64,000 nucleotides of DNA from an uncultured delta proteobacterium (GTDB taxonomy: Bacteria; Myxococcota_A; Polyangia; Haliangiales; Haliangiaceae). A program made the translations under genes and the position numbers. The notes below the pieces were generated by a model, which was given only the letters and a program-made list of their open reading frames with translations, was not told the DNA's origin and did not search any database. Positions 17,095 to 32,034 of this stretch are shown here, in pieces. Each line of letters starts with the position of its first letter. Position 1 is the stretch's first letter. The DNA is taken from contig CAVUQH010000004.1 in NCBI GenBank assembly GCA_963743525.1, positions 640,001 through 704,000 on the forward strand. Direction: 5' to 3'.

Positions 17095-17829
17095 ATGACC
17101 AAGACCAAGCTCGCTTCTCCGCCGACGACGGCCATCGACGCCATGTTCGAGTCGATCCTGGCCGACATCGTTCGCGGCACCTACCCGCCCGGCGCGCGCC
17201 TGCCCGCCGAACGGGAGCTCGCCCGGTCCCTGGGCGCCAGCCGCCCGACGTTGCGCGAGGCGCTGCGCAAACTGACCGAGTGGCGGCTGGTCGAGCCGCG
17301 CCGCGGCTCCGGCATCGTCGTGCGCAACCGCCGCGACTGGTCGATCGAGGTGCTGCCGGCCTACCTCCGCTACGCCCGACCGCTGCCCGGCGAGGCGTCG
17401 ATCCCGCAGCTGATCAAGGATCTGTTGGCGATCCGCCGCACGACCATCCGCGAGGTGGTGCTGCTGGTGGCGCCGCGCATGACGCCCGGCGGCACCGACG
17501 CCGCCCGCGAGGCGGTCGAGCATGCGTGGGACGCGCGCGGTGATCTGCGCGCGTTCGTCGTCGCCGACTTCGCCGTCGTCCGCGCGGTGGTCGAGGCCGG
17601 CAACTTCCTGCCCGCGGTCTGGCTGCTCAATCGCCTGTCCGGCATCTACCTCGACATCGGCCAGTCGCTGACCGGCAGCGTCAGTCCGCCCGACGACTAC
17701 GTCGAGGTCCACAACCGCTTCCTCGACGCGCTCGAGCGGCACGAAGGTCCGCTGGCCGCGTCGATCATCGAGGGCTATCTGGCCCAGCTCGACGCCATCA
17801 TGATGGCGCCGCTCGAAGTGTTCCTCTAG
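17095..17829 (+). CDS. GntR/FadR family transcriptional regulator
   Basis: PGARLPAERELARSLGASRPTLREAL...VEPRRGSG wHTH. Confidence 0.93.
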   Translation: MTKTKLASPPTTAIDAMFESILADIVRGTYPPGARLPAERELARSLGASRPTLREALRKLTEWRLVEPRRGSGIVVRNRRDWSIEVLPAYLRYARPLPGEASIPQLIKDLLAIRRTTIREVVLLVAPRMTPGGTDAAREAVEHAWDARGDLRAFVVADFAVVRAVVEAGNFLPAVWLLNRLSGIYLDIGQSLTGSVSPPDDYVEVHNRFLDALERHEGPLAASIIEGYLAQLDAIMMAPLEVFL

Positions 17830-17840
17830 GAGGTGTTTCG

Positions 17841-18389
17841 ATGAGTCGCTACGAGCATTCGCCGCGCGTGCGCCGGACCCTGGCCGCCCTCGCCCGCATC
17901 GCCTGCCCTCCCGAGATCGACGAGCTCGGCCTGGTCAACGACGTGGTCGATCACATGGGTCGGTCGATGGGCTCGCTGCCGGAGCTGTTCTGCCGCGGCC
18001 TGGTCGCCGGCCTCACCACCTACGAGCTGGGCGCGCGGCTGGTGCCGGGCAACGGCGGCCGCGCTGCCAGCCAGCTCGATCACGACCGGGCGCTGCGCTA
18101 CTTCCAGCTGTGGCGCAAGAGCCCGCTGATGCCCCAGCGCGAGCTGATCAAGGCGGTGCGGGGTCTTCTGTGTCTGGCCTACTACGAGCAGCCGGCTGCG
18201 CGCGAGCAGATCGGCTACACGCCGGAGCAGTGGATCGACAAGGTCAAGCGCAAGCGGCTGGCGGTCTACAGCGACGAGATCGCCGCCCACCAGAAGAGTC
18301 TGCTCGAGCCCGACCCGCTGCCGCTCGACCAGCTGTTCCCCAAGGGTGACGCCGCGGCCGTGGCCAGCGACGAGAAGGAAGCAGTCTGA
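17841..18389 (+). CDS. hypothetical protein, possibly a small partner subunit of the GMC oxidoreductase
   Basis: AGGAGG RBS; coupled to the GMC gene. 'LAYYEQP...IGY' resembles the C-terminus of gluconate-2-dehydrogenase subunit-3-like proteins. Confidence 0.65.
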   Translation: MSRYEHSPRVRRTLAALARIACPPEIDELGLVNDVVDHMGRSMGSLPELFCRGLVAGLTTYELGARLVPGNGGRAASQLDHDRALRYFQLWRKSPLMPQRELIKAVRGLLCLAYYEQPAAREQIGYTPEQWIDKVKRKRLAVYSDEIAAHQKSLLEPDPLPLDQLFPKGDAAAVASDEKEAV

Positions 18390-19951
18390 TGCCGGTCTTG
18401 CGTCCCGCCGTCAGGCAAGAGCAGGTTCCGTCCAACGTCTACACCCGCGACGACCTCAGCGGCGACACGGTGCTCGACTGCGACGTCGTCATCGTCGGCT
18501 CCGGCGCCGGCGGCGCCAGCATGGCCGCCGAGCTGGCCGAAGGTGGGCTCGATGTGATCGTCGTCGAGGAAGGCCGCTACTTCTCGACCCGCGACTTCGG
18601 CGCCGACGCGTCGGCGGCAGTGCGCAGCCTGTACCGCGACGGCGGTGCGACCATGGCGATGGGCAGCCCGCCGGTCCTCTATCAAGAGGGCAGCGCGGTC
18701 GGCGGATCGACGGTGATCAACGGCGGCATGTCGTGGCGCACGCCGGAGAAGATCCTCGAGCGGTGGAACCGCGAGGACGGCATCGACCGCATCATGCCCG
18801 CCGACATGGAGTTCTACTTCGAGCGGGTAGAGAAGCGGCTGCACGTCGCCCTGCAGGACGACGACAGCATCGGCCGCGACAACGAGCTGTTGCGCATCGG
18901 CGCCGAGCGCAAAGGCTGGAAGGTCATCCCCAACCTGCGCAACCAGGTGCACTGCCCGGGTTCCAACAACTGCGCCTTCGGCTGCCCCACCGGCGCCAAG
19001 CAGTCGGCGCTGGTCAGCTACATCCCCCGGGCGCTGCATTTCGGCGCGCGGGTCTATTCGGACGTGCACGTCGACCGGATCACCCGCACCGGCAAGCGCG
19101 CCACCGGCATCACCGGCTGGGTCTGGCGCGAGGACCGCACCCGCGGACCGCGGGTCACCGTGCGCGCGCGCATGACCGTGCTGGCGGCGGGCGCGATCTA
19201 TTCGCCGATGATCCTCGGCGGCTCGGGCTTCCGCTCGCCGTCGGGCCGGCTCGGCCGCGACCTGTCGCTGCACCCCAACTGCAAGCTGATCGCCATCTTC
19301 GACGAGGAGGTGCGCGGCTGGGAGGGCGTGCACCAGGCCTATCAGGTGCGCGAGTTCCAGGACGAGGGCTTCCTGTTCGCCGCGGTCAACATCCCGCCCA
19401 GCATCATCGGCATGACCACGCCGTACTACGGCAAGACCATGGGCGACCTGATGATGCAGTACGACAAGATGGTCGTCGCCGGCATGCTGGTCGAGGACAC
19501 CCAGACCGGGCGCCTGCGCCGCGGTCCCGGCGGCAAGCCGATCGCCACCTACCAGCTGTCGGACTTCGACGCCGACAAGCTCAAGCGCGGCACCGCGCTC
19601 TTGTGCGAGCTGTTGTTCGCCGCCGGCGCCAAGCGGATCATGTTGCCGTTCAGCGGCGTCGGCGATCTGTACGGACCCGACGACGTTCGCAAGATCTTCG
19701 CCAACCCGGTGCCCAAGAGCTCGATGGAGGTGGTCACCGTGCACCTCATGGGCACCGCGCGCATGGGCGGTGATCGCAGCCGCGCCGTGGTCAACTCGTA
19801 CGGTCACGTCTACGACGCCGACCGGCTGATGATCGCGGACGCCAGCGTCTTTCCCTCGCCCATCGGCGTCAACCCGATGGAGACCATCATGGCGCTGTCG
19901 ACCCGCAGCGCCGCCTACCTGCTCGACAATCAGCGGAGGTTCCTCTCGTGA
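18389..19951 (+). CDS. GMC family FAD oxidoreductase
   Basis: VGSGAGG, GGSTVING, C-x4-C-x2-GC, HLMGTARMG, DASVFP, GVNP. Confidence 0.95.
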   Translation: MPVLRPAVRQEQVPSNVYTRDDLSGDTVLDCDVVIVGSGAGGASMAAELAEGGLDVIVVEEGRYFSTRDFGADASAAVRSLYRDGGATMAMGSPPVLYQEGSAVGGSTVINGGMSWRTPEKILERWNREDGIDRIMPADMEFYFERVEKRLHVALQDDDSIGRDNELLRIGAERKGWKVIPNLRNQVHCPGSNNCAFGCPTGAKQSALVSYIPRALHFGARVYSDVHVDRITRTGKRATGITGWVWREDRTRGPRVTVRARMTVLAAGAIYSPMILGGSGFRSPSGRLGRDLSLHPNCKLIAIFDEEVRGWEGVHQAYQVREFQDEGFLFAAVNIPPSIIGMTTPYYGKTMGDLMMQYDKMVVAGMLVEDTQTGRLRRGPGGKPIATYQLSDFDADKLKRGTALLCELLFAAGAKRIMLPFSGVGDLYGPDDVRKIFANPVPKSSMEVVTVHLMGTARMGGDRSRAVVNSYGHVYDADRLMIADASVFPSPIGVNPMETIMALSTRSAAYLLDNQRRFLS

Positions 19952-20535
19952 GACACCAGCAGGCCGTCACCGCCACCGTCGCCCCCGGGCTGCCCAACTC
20001 GGAGCGCTACTACCAGCTCGAGCAGATGACCAACCAGGCACTGGAGACCGTCTTCTTGCGCGGCACCCAGCCGGAGATCGAACAGCTGGTCGGTTGGGAG
20101 TTCCGCGGCACCAACGTTCCCGGCTGGGCCAAGCTCGCCGGCATCAAGAAGTTCATCAAAGGTTTCTACCGCAAGGACGGCGACGCCTTCGGCTACAACT
20201 GCCCGGTGCTGCAGGACGGCATCCGCGCGCCGTGGATCGCGCGTCCCGACGACGACAACCCCAAGCGCTTCGGCTTCTACCGCGTCGCGCCGGTCGACCC
20301 GACCAGCCGCGACAACGCCTACCTGCACGCGGTGCTGCTCGACTACGGCCGCGGCGGCAACAAGCGTCTGGACCCGACGTCCGGGCTGCGCGACTACCTG
20401 GTTCAGGTCGATGCGGACAACCCCGACCTCTACCTGGGCAAGGCTTACTACGCGCTCGGTCCGCTGCGCGTCGCCACCAACTTCTTCCTACTCGAGCGAC
20501 ATCGCCGCGGTTTGTCCGACGTCAGCTTCCGCTAG
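19948..20535 (+). CDS. hypothetical protein in the GMC operon
   Basis: GTGA overlap with the GMC stop; host-like codon usage. Confidence 0.75.
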   Translation: MRHQQAVTATVAPGLPNSERYYQLEQMTNQALETVFLRGTQPEIEQLVGWEFRGTNVPGWAKLAGIKKFIKGFYRKDGDAFGYNCPVLQDGIRAPWIARPDDDNPKRFGFYRVAPVDPTSRDNAYLHAVLLDYGRGGNKRLDPTSGLRDYLVQVDADNPDLYLGKAYYALGPLRVATNFFLLERHRRGLSDVSFR

Positions 20536-20704
20536 ACGCGACGGCCACTGTAGGTCTCCGGCATACGCGCGCGCACGTCAGCGCACGATGTAGTTCGCTG
20601 CGCCTGTGGTCGCTGTTGTCAGCGTCGCACGGCAGATATCGGTTGCTGTGGGAGATCCACGGATGCGAGGATCGAGCTGCGGAGTAAAGGGAGGAACCTC
20701 AGCG

Positions 20705-21805
20705 ATGAAACTCACACGGATCGGATCCCTCGGCAGCCTGTTCGCCGGCCTCGCGCTGGTCGCCGCGTGCGACACAACCGAGCCCGCGCCCACGCTCGCA
20801 ACGCCGTCGGCGTTGCCGCAAGGACAGCTCGCGCCAACCGGGCTCAAGCGCCAGTGCGCCACGCCCGACCTGACGCCGGCGGAGATGCAGCAGATCGACG
20901 AGGCGTTGGCCGCGCGCGGATACGGCGTGTCGGGCGGCGTCGCCTACGCGTCGGCGCCGGGCAGCATCACCGTTCCGGTGGCGTTCCACGTGATCACCTC
21001 GAGCAGCGGCGCGGGCAACGTCACCCAGCAGCAGCTCAACGATCAGATCGCGGTGCTCAACAGCGCCTACGGCGGCGACACCGCCAGTGACGCGAACAAC
21101 ACCGCGTTCCGCTTCCAGCTGTCGTCGGTCGACGTGACCGCGAACGACAGCTGGTACAACATGGGCTCCGGCTCGTCGGCCGAGAGCCAGGCCAAGGCCG
21201 CGCTGCGCGTCGGCGGCGCCGACACGCTCAACATCTACACCGCCAACCTCGGCGGCGGGCTGCTCGGCTGGGCGACCTTCCCCAACTGGTACGCCGGCAA
21301 CCCGTCGGACGACGGCGTGGTCATCCTCTACAGCTCGCTGCCCGGCGGCGGCGCGGCGCCGTACGACGAGGGCGACACCGCCACCCACGAGGTCGGCCAC
21401 TGGCTGGGCCTCTACCACACCTTCCAGGGCGGCTGTAACGGCAGCGGCGACAGCGTCAGCGACACCGCCGCCGAGAAGAGCGCCGCCTACGGATGTCCGG
21501 TCGGACGCGACTCGTGCCGCAAGGGCGCGGGCGTCGACCCGATCTACAACTTCATGGACTACACCGACGACAACTGCATGGACATGTTCACCGGCGGCCA
21601 GAGCACCCGGATGGACGGCATGTGGGCGACCTACCGGGCCGGCGATACCGGCGGCGGCGGCGGCGGCGGTGGCGGTGGCGGTGGCGGCACCGATCCCAAC
21701 TCGTGCCAGCAGAACAGCACCTGCGGCGGCCAGGCCCCGGGCGGTTGCTACTGCGACCGCGCCTGCAGGCGCCACCACGACTGCTGCTCCGACGGCCCCT
21801 GCTGA
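20705..21805 (+). CDS. M43 (ulilysin/pappalysin-like) zinc metalloprotease lipoprotein with Gly linker and C-terminal somatomedin-B-like module
   Basis: Lipobox VAAC, HEVGHWLGLYH, Met-turn NFMDY, C-terminal CYCDRACRRHHDCCSD. Confidence 0.93.
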   Translation: MKLTRIGSLGSLFAGLALVAACDTTEPAPTLATPSALPQGQLAPTGLKRQCATPDLTPAEMQQIDEALAARGYGVSGGVAYASAPGSITVPVAFHVITSSSGAGNVTQQQLNDQIAVLNSAYGGDTASDANNTAFRFQLSSVDVTANDSWYNMGSGSSAESQAKAALRVGGADTLNIYTANLGGGLLGWATFPNWYAGNPSDDGVVILYSSLPGGGAAPYDEGDTATHEVGHWLGLYHTFQGGCNGSGDSVSDTAAEKSAAYGCPVGRDSCRKGAGVDPIYNFMDYTDDNCMDMFTGGQSTRMDGMWATYRAGDTGGGGGGGGGGGGGTDPNSCQQNSTCGGQAPGGCYCDRACRRHHDCCSDGPC

Positions 21806-21825
21806 GCGGAGCCAGATGAAATCCG

Positions 21826-21860
21826 AGGGGACGGTGCGCAGGCACCGTCCCCTTTTTTTT
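21826..21860 (+). terminator. intrinsic terminator after the M43 protease gene
   Basis: AGGGGACGGTGC-GCAG-GCACCGTCCCCT followed by a T-run. Confidence 0.9.
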
Positions 21861-22318
21861 CACGCCAGCCCGACGAGCGGAACGCCGACGGCGGCGAGCA
21901 CGACGCGGTCGCCGGCGCGCAGACGCTGGCCCGGTCGCGCGCGCCGGTCGTTCACGCGCAGGTGTAGCGCGTCGAGGGGAAACACCTCGAGCAGCCGCGG
22001 CACGAAGAAACAGATGTACTGCAGGAAGTCCCCGGCCAGGCACTCCTCGGGAACCTCGATGTCGGCGGGCGGACCCACGATCGGCGCCGTGATGAAGTCG
22101 GCCTCGAGGTGGATGGAGATGGTGCGAAACGGTCCGGCGTCGACCGCTTCCAGCTGGCCGTCCTCGCCCAGCTCGTGCACGGTGTGTCCCTGGCGGCGCA
22201 GCTCCATGCACACCGGACAATCGTCATAGATCGGAACGCGACCGGGAATGGGCTCGACGATGTGCACGATTTCGCCCGGCGCGTAGTCCAGGGGCGACCG
22301 CCTGTCGTTCTTGTTCAT
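21860..22318 (-). CDS. hypothetical protein with CxxC motif
   Basis: GAGGAG RBS before MNKNDRRS; plausible codon usage. Confidence 0.6.
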   Translation of the reverse strand: MNKNDRRSPLDYAPGEIVHIVEPIPGRVPIYDDCPVCMELRRQGHTVHELGEDGQLEAVDAGPFRTISIHLEADFITAPIVGPPADIEVPEECLAGDFLQYICFFVPRLLEVFPLDALHLRVNDRRARPGQRLRAGDRVVLAAVGVPLVGLA

Positions 22319-22519
22319 CTGCAACTCCTCGATGGGGGCCCGGCGCACCGCGCGCCGCGCCAACATCCCCACATCGGATCGACGGCCGCTGCGGTTGCGT
22401 CCCGCGCCTACATCGGCTCCTGCGGAACCGGCAGACGCGAGTGCGGAAAACCGCACTCGATCGCGGCTGCATCCCCGGCTCTGGCGGCAAAGGCAATGGA
22501 TGTCGCGGTGTTGCGCGCT

Positions 22520-22535
22520 TGGCCCAGCGGTTGCT
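22520..22535 (+). promoter_or_regulatory. sigma54 (-24/-12) promoter for the IPT/TIG gene
   Basis: TGGCCCA-GCGG-TTGCT (GG-N10-GC), about 70 bp before ATG 22605. Confidence 0.6.
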
Positions 22536-22604
22536 CTACCGAGGGGCGTGACGCGACGAAGCGTCTTCCCACCCCCGACGACCCCGCCAATCAAGGAGCA
22601 TCCC

Positions 22605-23210
22605 ATGAACAAGACCCGCACCCTCCTCGCCGCCCTCGCCCTCTGCGCACTCGGTGCCTCGGCCGCGTCAGCCGACGTCGTGGTGCGCGACCACCGGCAG
22701 CAGCCCGTCGCCCAGACCAAGGTCAAGGCCGAGCGCTCCAACCCGCGCGCCGACCACAAGCGCAACGACAAGCGCAACGACAAGCGCAATGAACGGGCCG
22801 ACCGCAACAACGGCCGCAACGACCGAGGCACCACCTACAACCGGCCCAACGATCAAATCCCCGCCCACCCGTCGATGCCGCGGCCCCTGCCCCCGGTGAT
22901 TCGCCACACCCCGCAGATCGACGGCGTCGAGAGCTCGGCCAGCTGGTACGGCACCATCGTCACCATCTCCGGCTCGTACCTGCCCGCCAACGCCACCGTC
23001 CGCCTGGACGGACGCACCATCGACCCGGTCTACGTCAGCAGCCAGCGGATCATCTTCATCGCCCCGCCGAGCCGCGCCTCCACCGCCGACCTCGTGCTCG
23101 TCGCTCCCTCCGGCCGCCTCGACCTGGGCGCGGTCAGCCTCCTCAACCACCGCGTCGGTCGGCTGTACGGTAGCGCCGCGGTGAGCTTCCGCTGGAGCGC
23201 CTCCGGCTAA
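22605..23210 (+). CDS. secreted protein with KRND-type low-complexity repeats and an IPT/TIG-like domain
   Basis: AAGGAG RBS, signal peptide (ASA|D), 'GTIVTISGSYL...ATVRLDG...SQRIIFIAP'. Confidence 0.75.
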   Translation: MNKTRTLLAALALCALGASAASADVVVRDHRQQPVAQTKVKAERSNPRADHKRNDKRNDKRNERADRNNGRNDRGTTYNRPNDQIPAHPSMPRPLPPVIRHTPQIDGVESSASWYGTIVTISGSYLPANATVRLDGRTIDPVYVSSQRIIFIAPPSRASTADLVLVAPSGRLDLGAVSLLNHRVGRLYGSAAVSFRWSASG

Positions 23211-23237
23211 CCCTCCCTCCGGCCGTCCTCCGCCAAC

Positions 23238-23274
23238 GCGGGCCCGCCTTCCTCCCGGCGGGCCCGCCCCTTTT
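23238..23274 (+). terminator. probable intrinsic terminator
   Basis: GCGGGCCCGCC-loop-GGCGGGCCCGC followed by CCCTTTT. Confidence 0.55.
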
Positions 23275-23277
23275 CGG

Positions 23278-23571
23278 GTGAGTGGACGCGGTGTCAGGGA
23301 ACGCAACCAGGCGGTCGTCGCGAAACATCCCGAGCTCGAGCCGGGCCCCCAGTTCCTGCCGCACAATATCGTCTACCACTGGGACCGCGACTGCGTGGAG
23401 CGCGACCGCAAGGCCGCCATGCAGTTCGTTACCTGGGATGATCGCCAGGCCCCGCCCAACTCCAAGAAGAAGCTCACGCTCGTCGACGCCCCCGGGTTCC
23501 AGTACGCGCTCGAGGAGCCCGGCGACGACATTACCTGGAGCATCGCCGAGCCGCTGCCCGGCAAGAAGTGA
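23278..23571 (+). CDS. small hypothetical protein or 3' gene remnant
   Basis: Host-like third-position GC over most of its length, but no convincing start or RBS. Confidence 0.45.
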   Translation: MSGRGVRERNQAVVAKHPELEPGPQFLPHNIVYHWDRDCVERDRKAAMQFVTWDDRQAPPNSKKKLTLVDAPGFQYALEEPGDDITWSIAEPLPGKK

Positions 23572-23583
23572 GCCCGGCCCGGC

Positions 23584-26335
23584 CTAGTCGTTCGGCAGCG
23601 GGTTCATCGCCGGGGTCTCGATCGTCTGGGTCTGCTCCTCGGGCGTCGACGACACCGTGATGCGACTGCAGTAGACCGCCAGGGTCTCGGCGTGCCGCTG
23701 GACCCGCTGCATGAAGGTCGGATCGTTCATGTCGCCGGTCAGCGGGATGACGCAGACCGACTTCTCGCCCGACTTGACCTTGTCGAAGCTGGCCGGTTTT
23801 TCGCCGGCGGCAAACGCCATGGACGCGTCACCGGCCTTGCTCTCGGACAGGAAGATCTGATTGATCTCACCGGCGGCGTGGACGTCGATCGCCGGGTTGC
23901 CGAACAGGAACACCTGAGCGGCGTCGACCTTGGCGTCGGCTTTGCCCTTGATCGCGATCGACAATGAGATCTTGCCCAGCGTGATCGACAGCTCGACCTT
24001 GGCCTGCTGGCCGGGGGTCACCTGCACGTCTTTGGCGACCATCTTGGAGGTGACGCCGCTGCCGACCATCGCGGCCACCTTGTATTTCCCGGCGGCCACC
24101 CGGTCGGCGATGAAGCTGCCGTCGCTGCCGCTCTTGACCGCGACCACGTAGCGCGCTCCGATGCCCGAGGTGATGAGCACGCTGACGTCGGGCGCGGGCT
24201 CGCCGTCGATGGTCACGGTTCCGGCAACCGAGCCGAACGGCACCAGCGGCAGCGTCACGTTGGCGTCGGCCTCGCCGCGCGCCACGGTCACCGGCAACGA
24301 CCGGCCGACGTCGACCTTCTCGGCCGCGACCGCCACCTCGTCCTTGCCGACGCCGGCGAAGCGGAAGCTGCCGTCGGGGCCGGTGGTGGTGTGGCGGATG
24401 CCCATCTGCGCCTCGACACTCGCGCCGAGCGAGCTCTGCAGGTTGGCGCCGTCGCCAACCAGCTGCCGGCCCAGCACCACGGTGGCCTCGTCCACCGGCT
24501 GGCCACCCGAGGTGACCACGCGGCCACTGACCACGCGCCCGCGCTCGACCGTGACCACGCCGACGTCGGTGGTCTCGCCCGGCTTCACCTCGACGTTCTT
24601 GACGATCTTGTCGGGGAAGCCGGCGCCGCGCACGGTGAGGTCGAAGGTGCCGGGGTGGACGCCGTCGAGGCGGAAGCGGTCGCCGACCACCGGCACCAGG
24701 GAGCCGCCGGCCACCTGCACCGTCGCCGCCACCGGCGGGTTGCCGGCGGAGGTCTGCACCCGGCCGACCACGGCACCGTCGCGGTGCAGCACCACCTCGA
24801 CGTTGGCGTCGCCGACCTTCGCCTTGACCCCCTGGCCCATGGCGCTCCACCAGTTGGAGACGTCGGTGCGGGTCGCGCGCACCAGATAGGCGCCGTCCTG
24901 CAGCCCGCGCACGGTGAAGTGACCGCCGCCGTCGGTGGTGGCAAACGACGGGCCGCGCGTGATCAGCGCCGACGCGTCGCCACCGCCCCAGAAGTCGGGG
25001 GCCGCCAGCACCTGCACCTCCGCCACCGGCTTGCCGTCGTCGTTGACCACAGTGCCGGAGATAGTTCCGACCACCGACAGCACCAGCTTCACGCCCTGCT
25101 TCCTGGGCGTCGCCGCCAGATCGACGGACACGCTCTCGGTCGCGGCCTGCGCCGTGTCGGCGAACACCTGCACCGGCTGGCGCGGCAGCCCTTTGACGTC
25201 GAAGCGACCGTCGTCACCGGCGACGACCGCGCGCGACACGCCGCCGCCCCACATGCCGCGCTGGCCGCGCTCGCTGCTGACGTGCACTTGCGCCCACGGC
25301 GCCGCGGCGCCGCTGGTGTTCGACCACCTGACCGGACAGCTCGGCGCCCGCCGACAACACGATGCGCACCGCCGGCACCGCGCCTTCGGCCAGTGACACC
25401 ACGCCCGAGCTGCCCGGCGCGTAATCCTCGTGCACCGCGAGGAAGCGGAAACTGCCGATCGGCACCCCGGAAATGTCGAAGCGGCCCTTGGCGTCGGTGA
25501 GCACGCCGTCGCGCAGGATGTTGACCGGCTCCCACGGCGCGCTGGCGCTGCGCGGCACCACACGGGCACCCTTGATCGGCTTGCCCGCCTCGCTCACGAC
25601 CACGCCCTTCACCTCCACGCCGCGCACGAGCTCGACCTTTTGTGCCGACTCGACGCTGCCGGCGGGGATGTTGACCGGTACTCGCGCAGTGCCGTAGCCG
25701 GGCGCGCTGACGATGAGCAGATCCCAACCGGGCGACAGCCCGCGCAGGTGCCCGACGCCGTCGCCCTCGGTCTGCGCGCTGGCGCCGCCGGAGCCGACCA
25801 GCGACACCGTCGCCCCCGAGATCGGCGAGCCGGTGTCGCGCGCGGTGACGGTCACCGCCATCTTCGAACCGGCGTGCACGCGAACGATCACCGGGTCGCT
25901 GTTGGCGGTCAGCGTGGTGACCACCGGGCCGCCGACCTGATCGCCGGCGCGCGCGCGAACCGCGTAGCGGCGCCCGACCATGGCGTCGAAGCTGAAGCTG
26001 CCGTCCTCGCCCGCGGTGGCGTGCTTGGGCGGGCGCGCGTTGACGTAGACCATGGCGCCGCCGACCGGATCGCCGGCCTCGTCGACCACCTGGCCCTCGA
26101 GCCGCAAGTTGCCCGGCGGATCGGCGTCCATCGCCAGGTAGACGCCGCGCGCCCCCGGCGCGTTGGCGGCCTGCTGCTGCTCGTGCGGCTTGGGCACCGG
26201 CGGCGCCTTGGGCTCGACCTTTTCGGCGACCGGCTTGGTCTCCGTCGAGCCGCCTCCGCGGCCGCGGTACCACCAGATGAACAGCGCCGCGACGGCGAGC
26301 AACGCGACAGTGACGATAACGGTGCGACGCTTCAT
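23584..26335 (-). CDS. membrane-anchored protein of tandem carboxypeptidase-regulatory-like (beta-sandwich) domains; +1 frameshift near 25320
   Basis: N-terminal TM ([13 protein letters not shown]...) and repeated 'G.VV...G.PV..A.V...T...G.F' units. ORFs 25214-26365 and 23584-25569 join at ELSGQVV/(N/D)[11 protein letters not shown]. Confidence 0.85.
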
Positions 26336-26348
26336 GGTCGGGCCTCCG

Positions 26349-26364
26349 TGCAGCGAGCGTGCCA
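26349..26364 (-). promoter_or_regulatory. sigma54 (-24/-12) promoter
   Basis: Minus strand TGGCACG-CTCG-CTGCA immediately before ATG 26335. Confidence 0.7.
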
Positions 26365-26449
26365 CGAAAACGTTCGATGCGGTCGCATCCTGGACAGTTG
26401 CAGCGGTGGGTGCGACCCGCCACGCTGGGACAGCGGGCGGTCACACCTG

Positions 26450-27850
<1,401 letters not shown>

Positions 27851-27893
27851 GCGGGCATGATAGCCGCCACCCGTATCTGATACGATCCACAAC

Positions 27894-29877
<1,984 letters not shown>

Positions 29878-29880
29878 GCG

Positions 29881-30057
29881 CTATTTGCGCGGGCGGCCGC
29901 GGCGGCCACGGCGGGTGTCATCGGGCTCGAAATCGAGCTCCTCGGAGAACTTCTCCTCGAGCAGGTCGTCCACCGTGGTGCGAAGGGAGTCGAGCTTGCG
30001 CAGCTCGTCGCGCTCGAACTCGGCAAAAGAACGATAGACACGCGGAAATGCAGCCAT
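29881..30057 (-). CDS. 58-aa protein with an acidic tract and C-terminal AT-hook-like motif
   Basis: AGGAGG RBS; MAAFPRVYRSFAEFEREL-like start, ends RRGRRGRPRK. Confidence 0.75.
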   Translation of the reverse strand: MAAFPRVYRSFAEFERDELRKLDSLRTTVDDLLEEKFSEELDFEPDDTRRGRRGRPRK

Positions 30058-30256
30058 GGGTCCCTCCTGGGCTCCCGCGGGACTGGTCCCCGAGAGCAAG
30101 TTATCCTACATCTGCGCACACTGTAAGCGCGGGTCATACCAGGACGAAATTTTCGGCGCGCTTTTTTCAGACCCCCGAGATCGGTCGGCTTTTCGGTCGG
30201 GAGCAGATCCCGCCTTTTCTTGCCCGTCATGGCGATGTGCTAGTTAATCGAGCGTT

Positions 30257-31965
<1,709 letters not shown>

Positions 31966-32034
31966 CCGGCTCAGGAGGCAAATCCCGCCGGCCCCCTCGC
32001 GCCCGCGCCGGCGTCCGGGTCATACTGCGCCGAC

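Noticed and set aside
21650..21688. GGC/GGT microsatellite, with a similar one at about 63246-63284
   Set aside because: These simply encode poly-Gly linkers in secreted enzymes.
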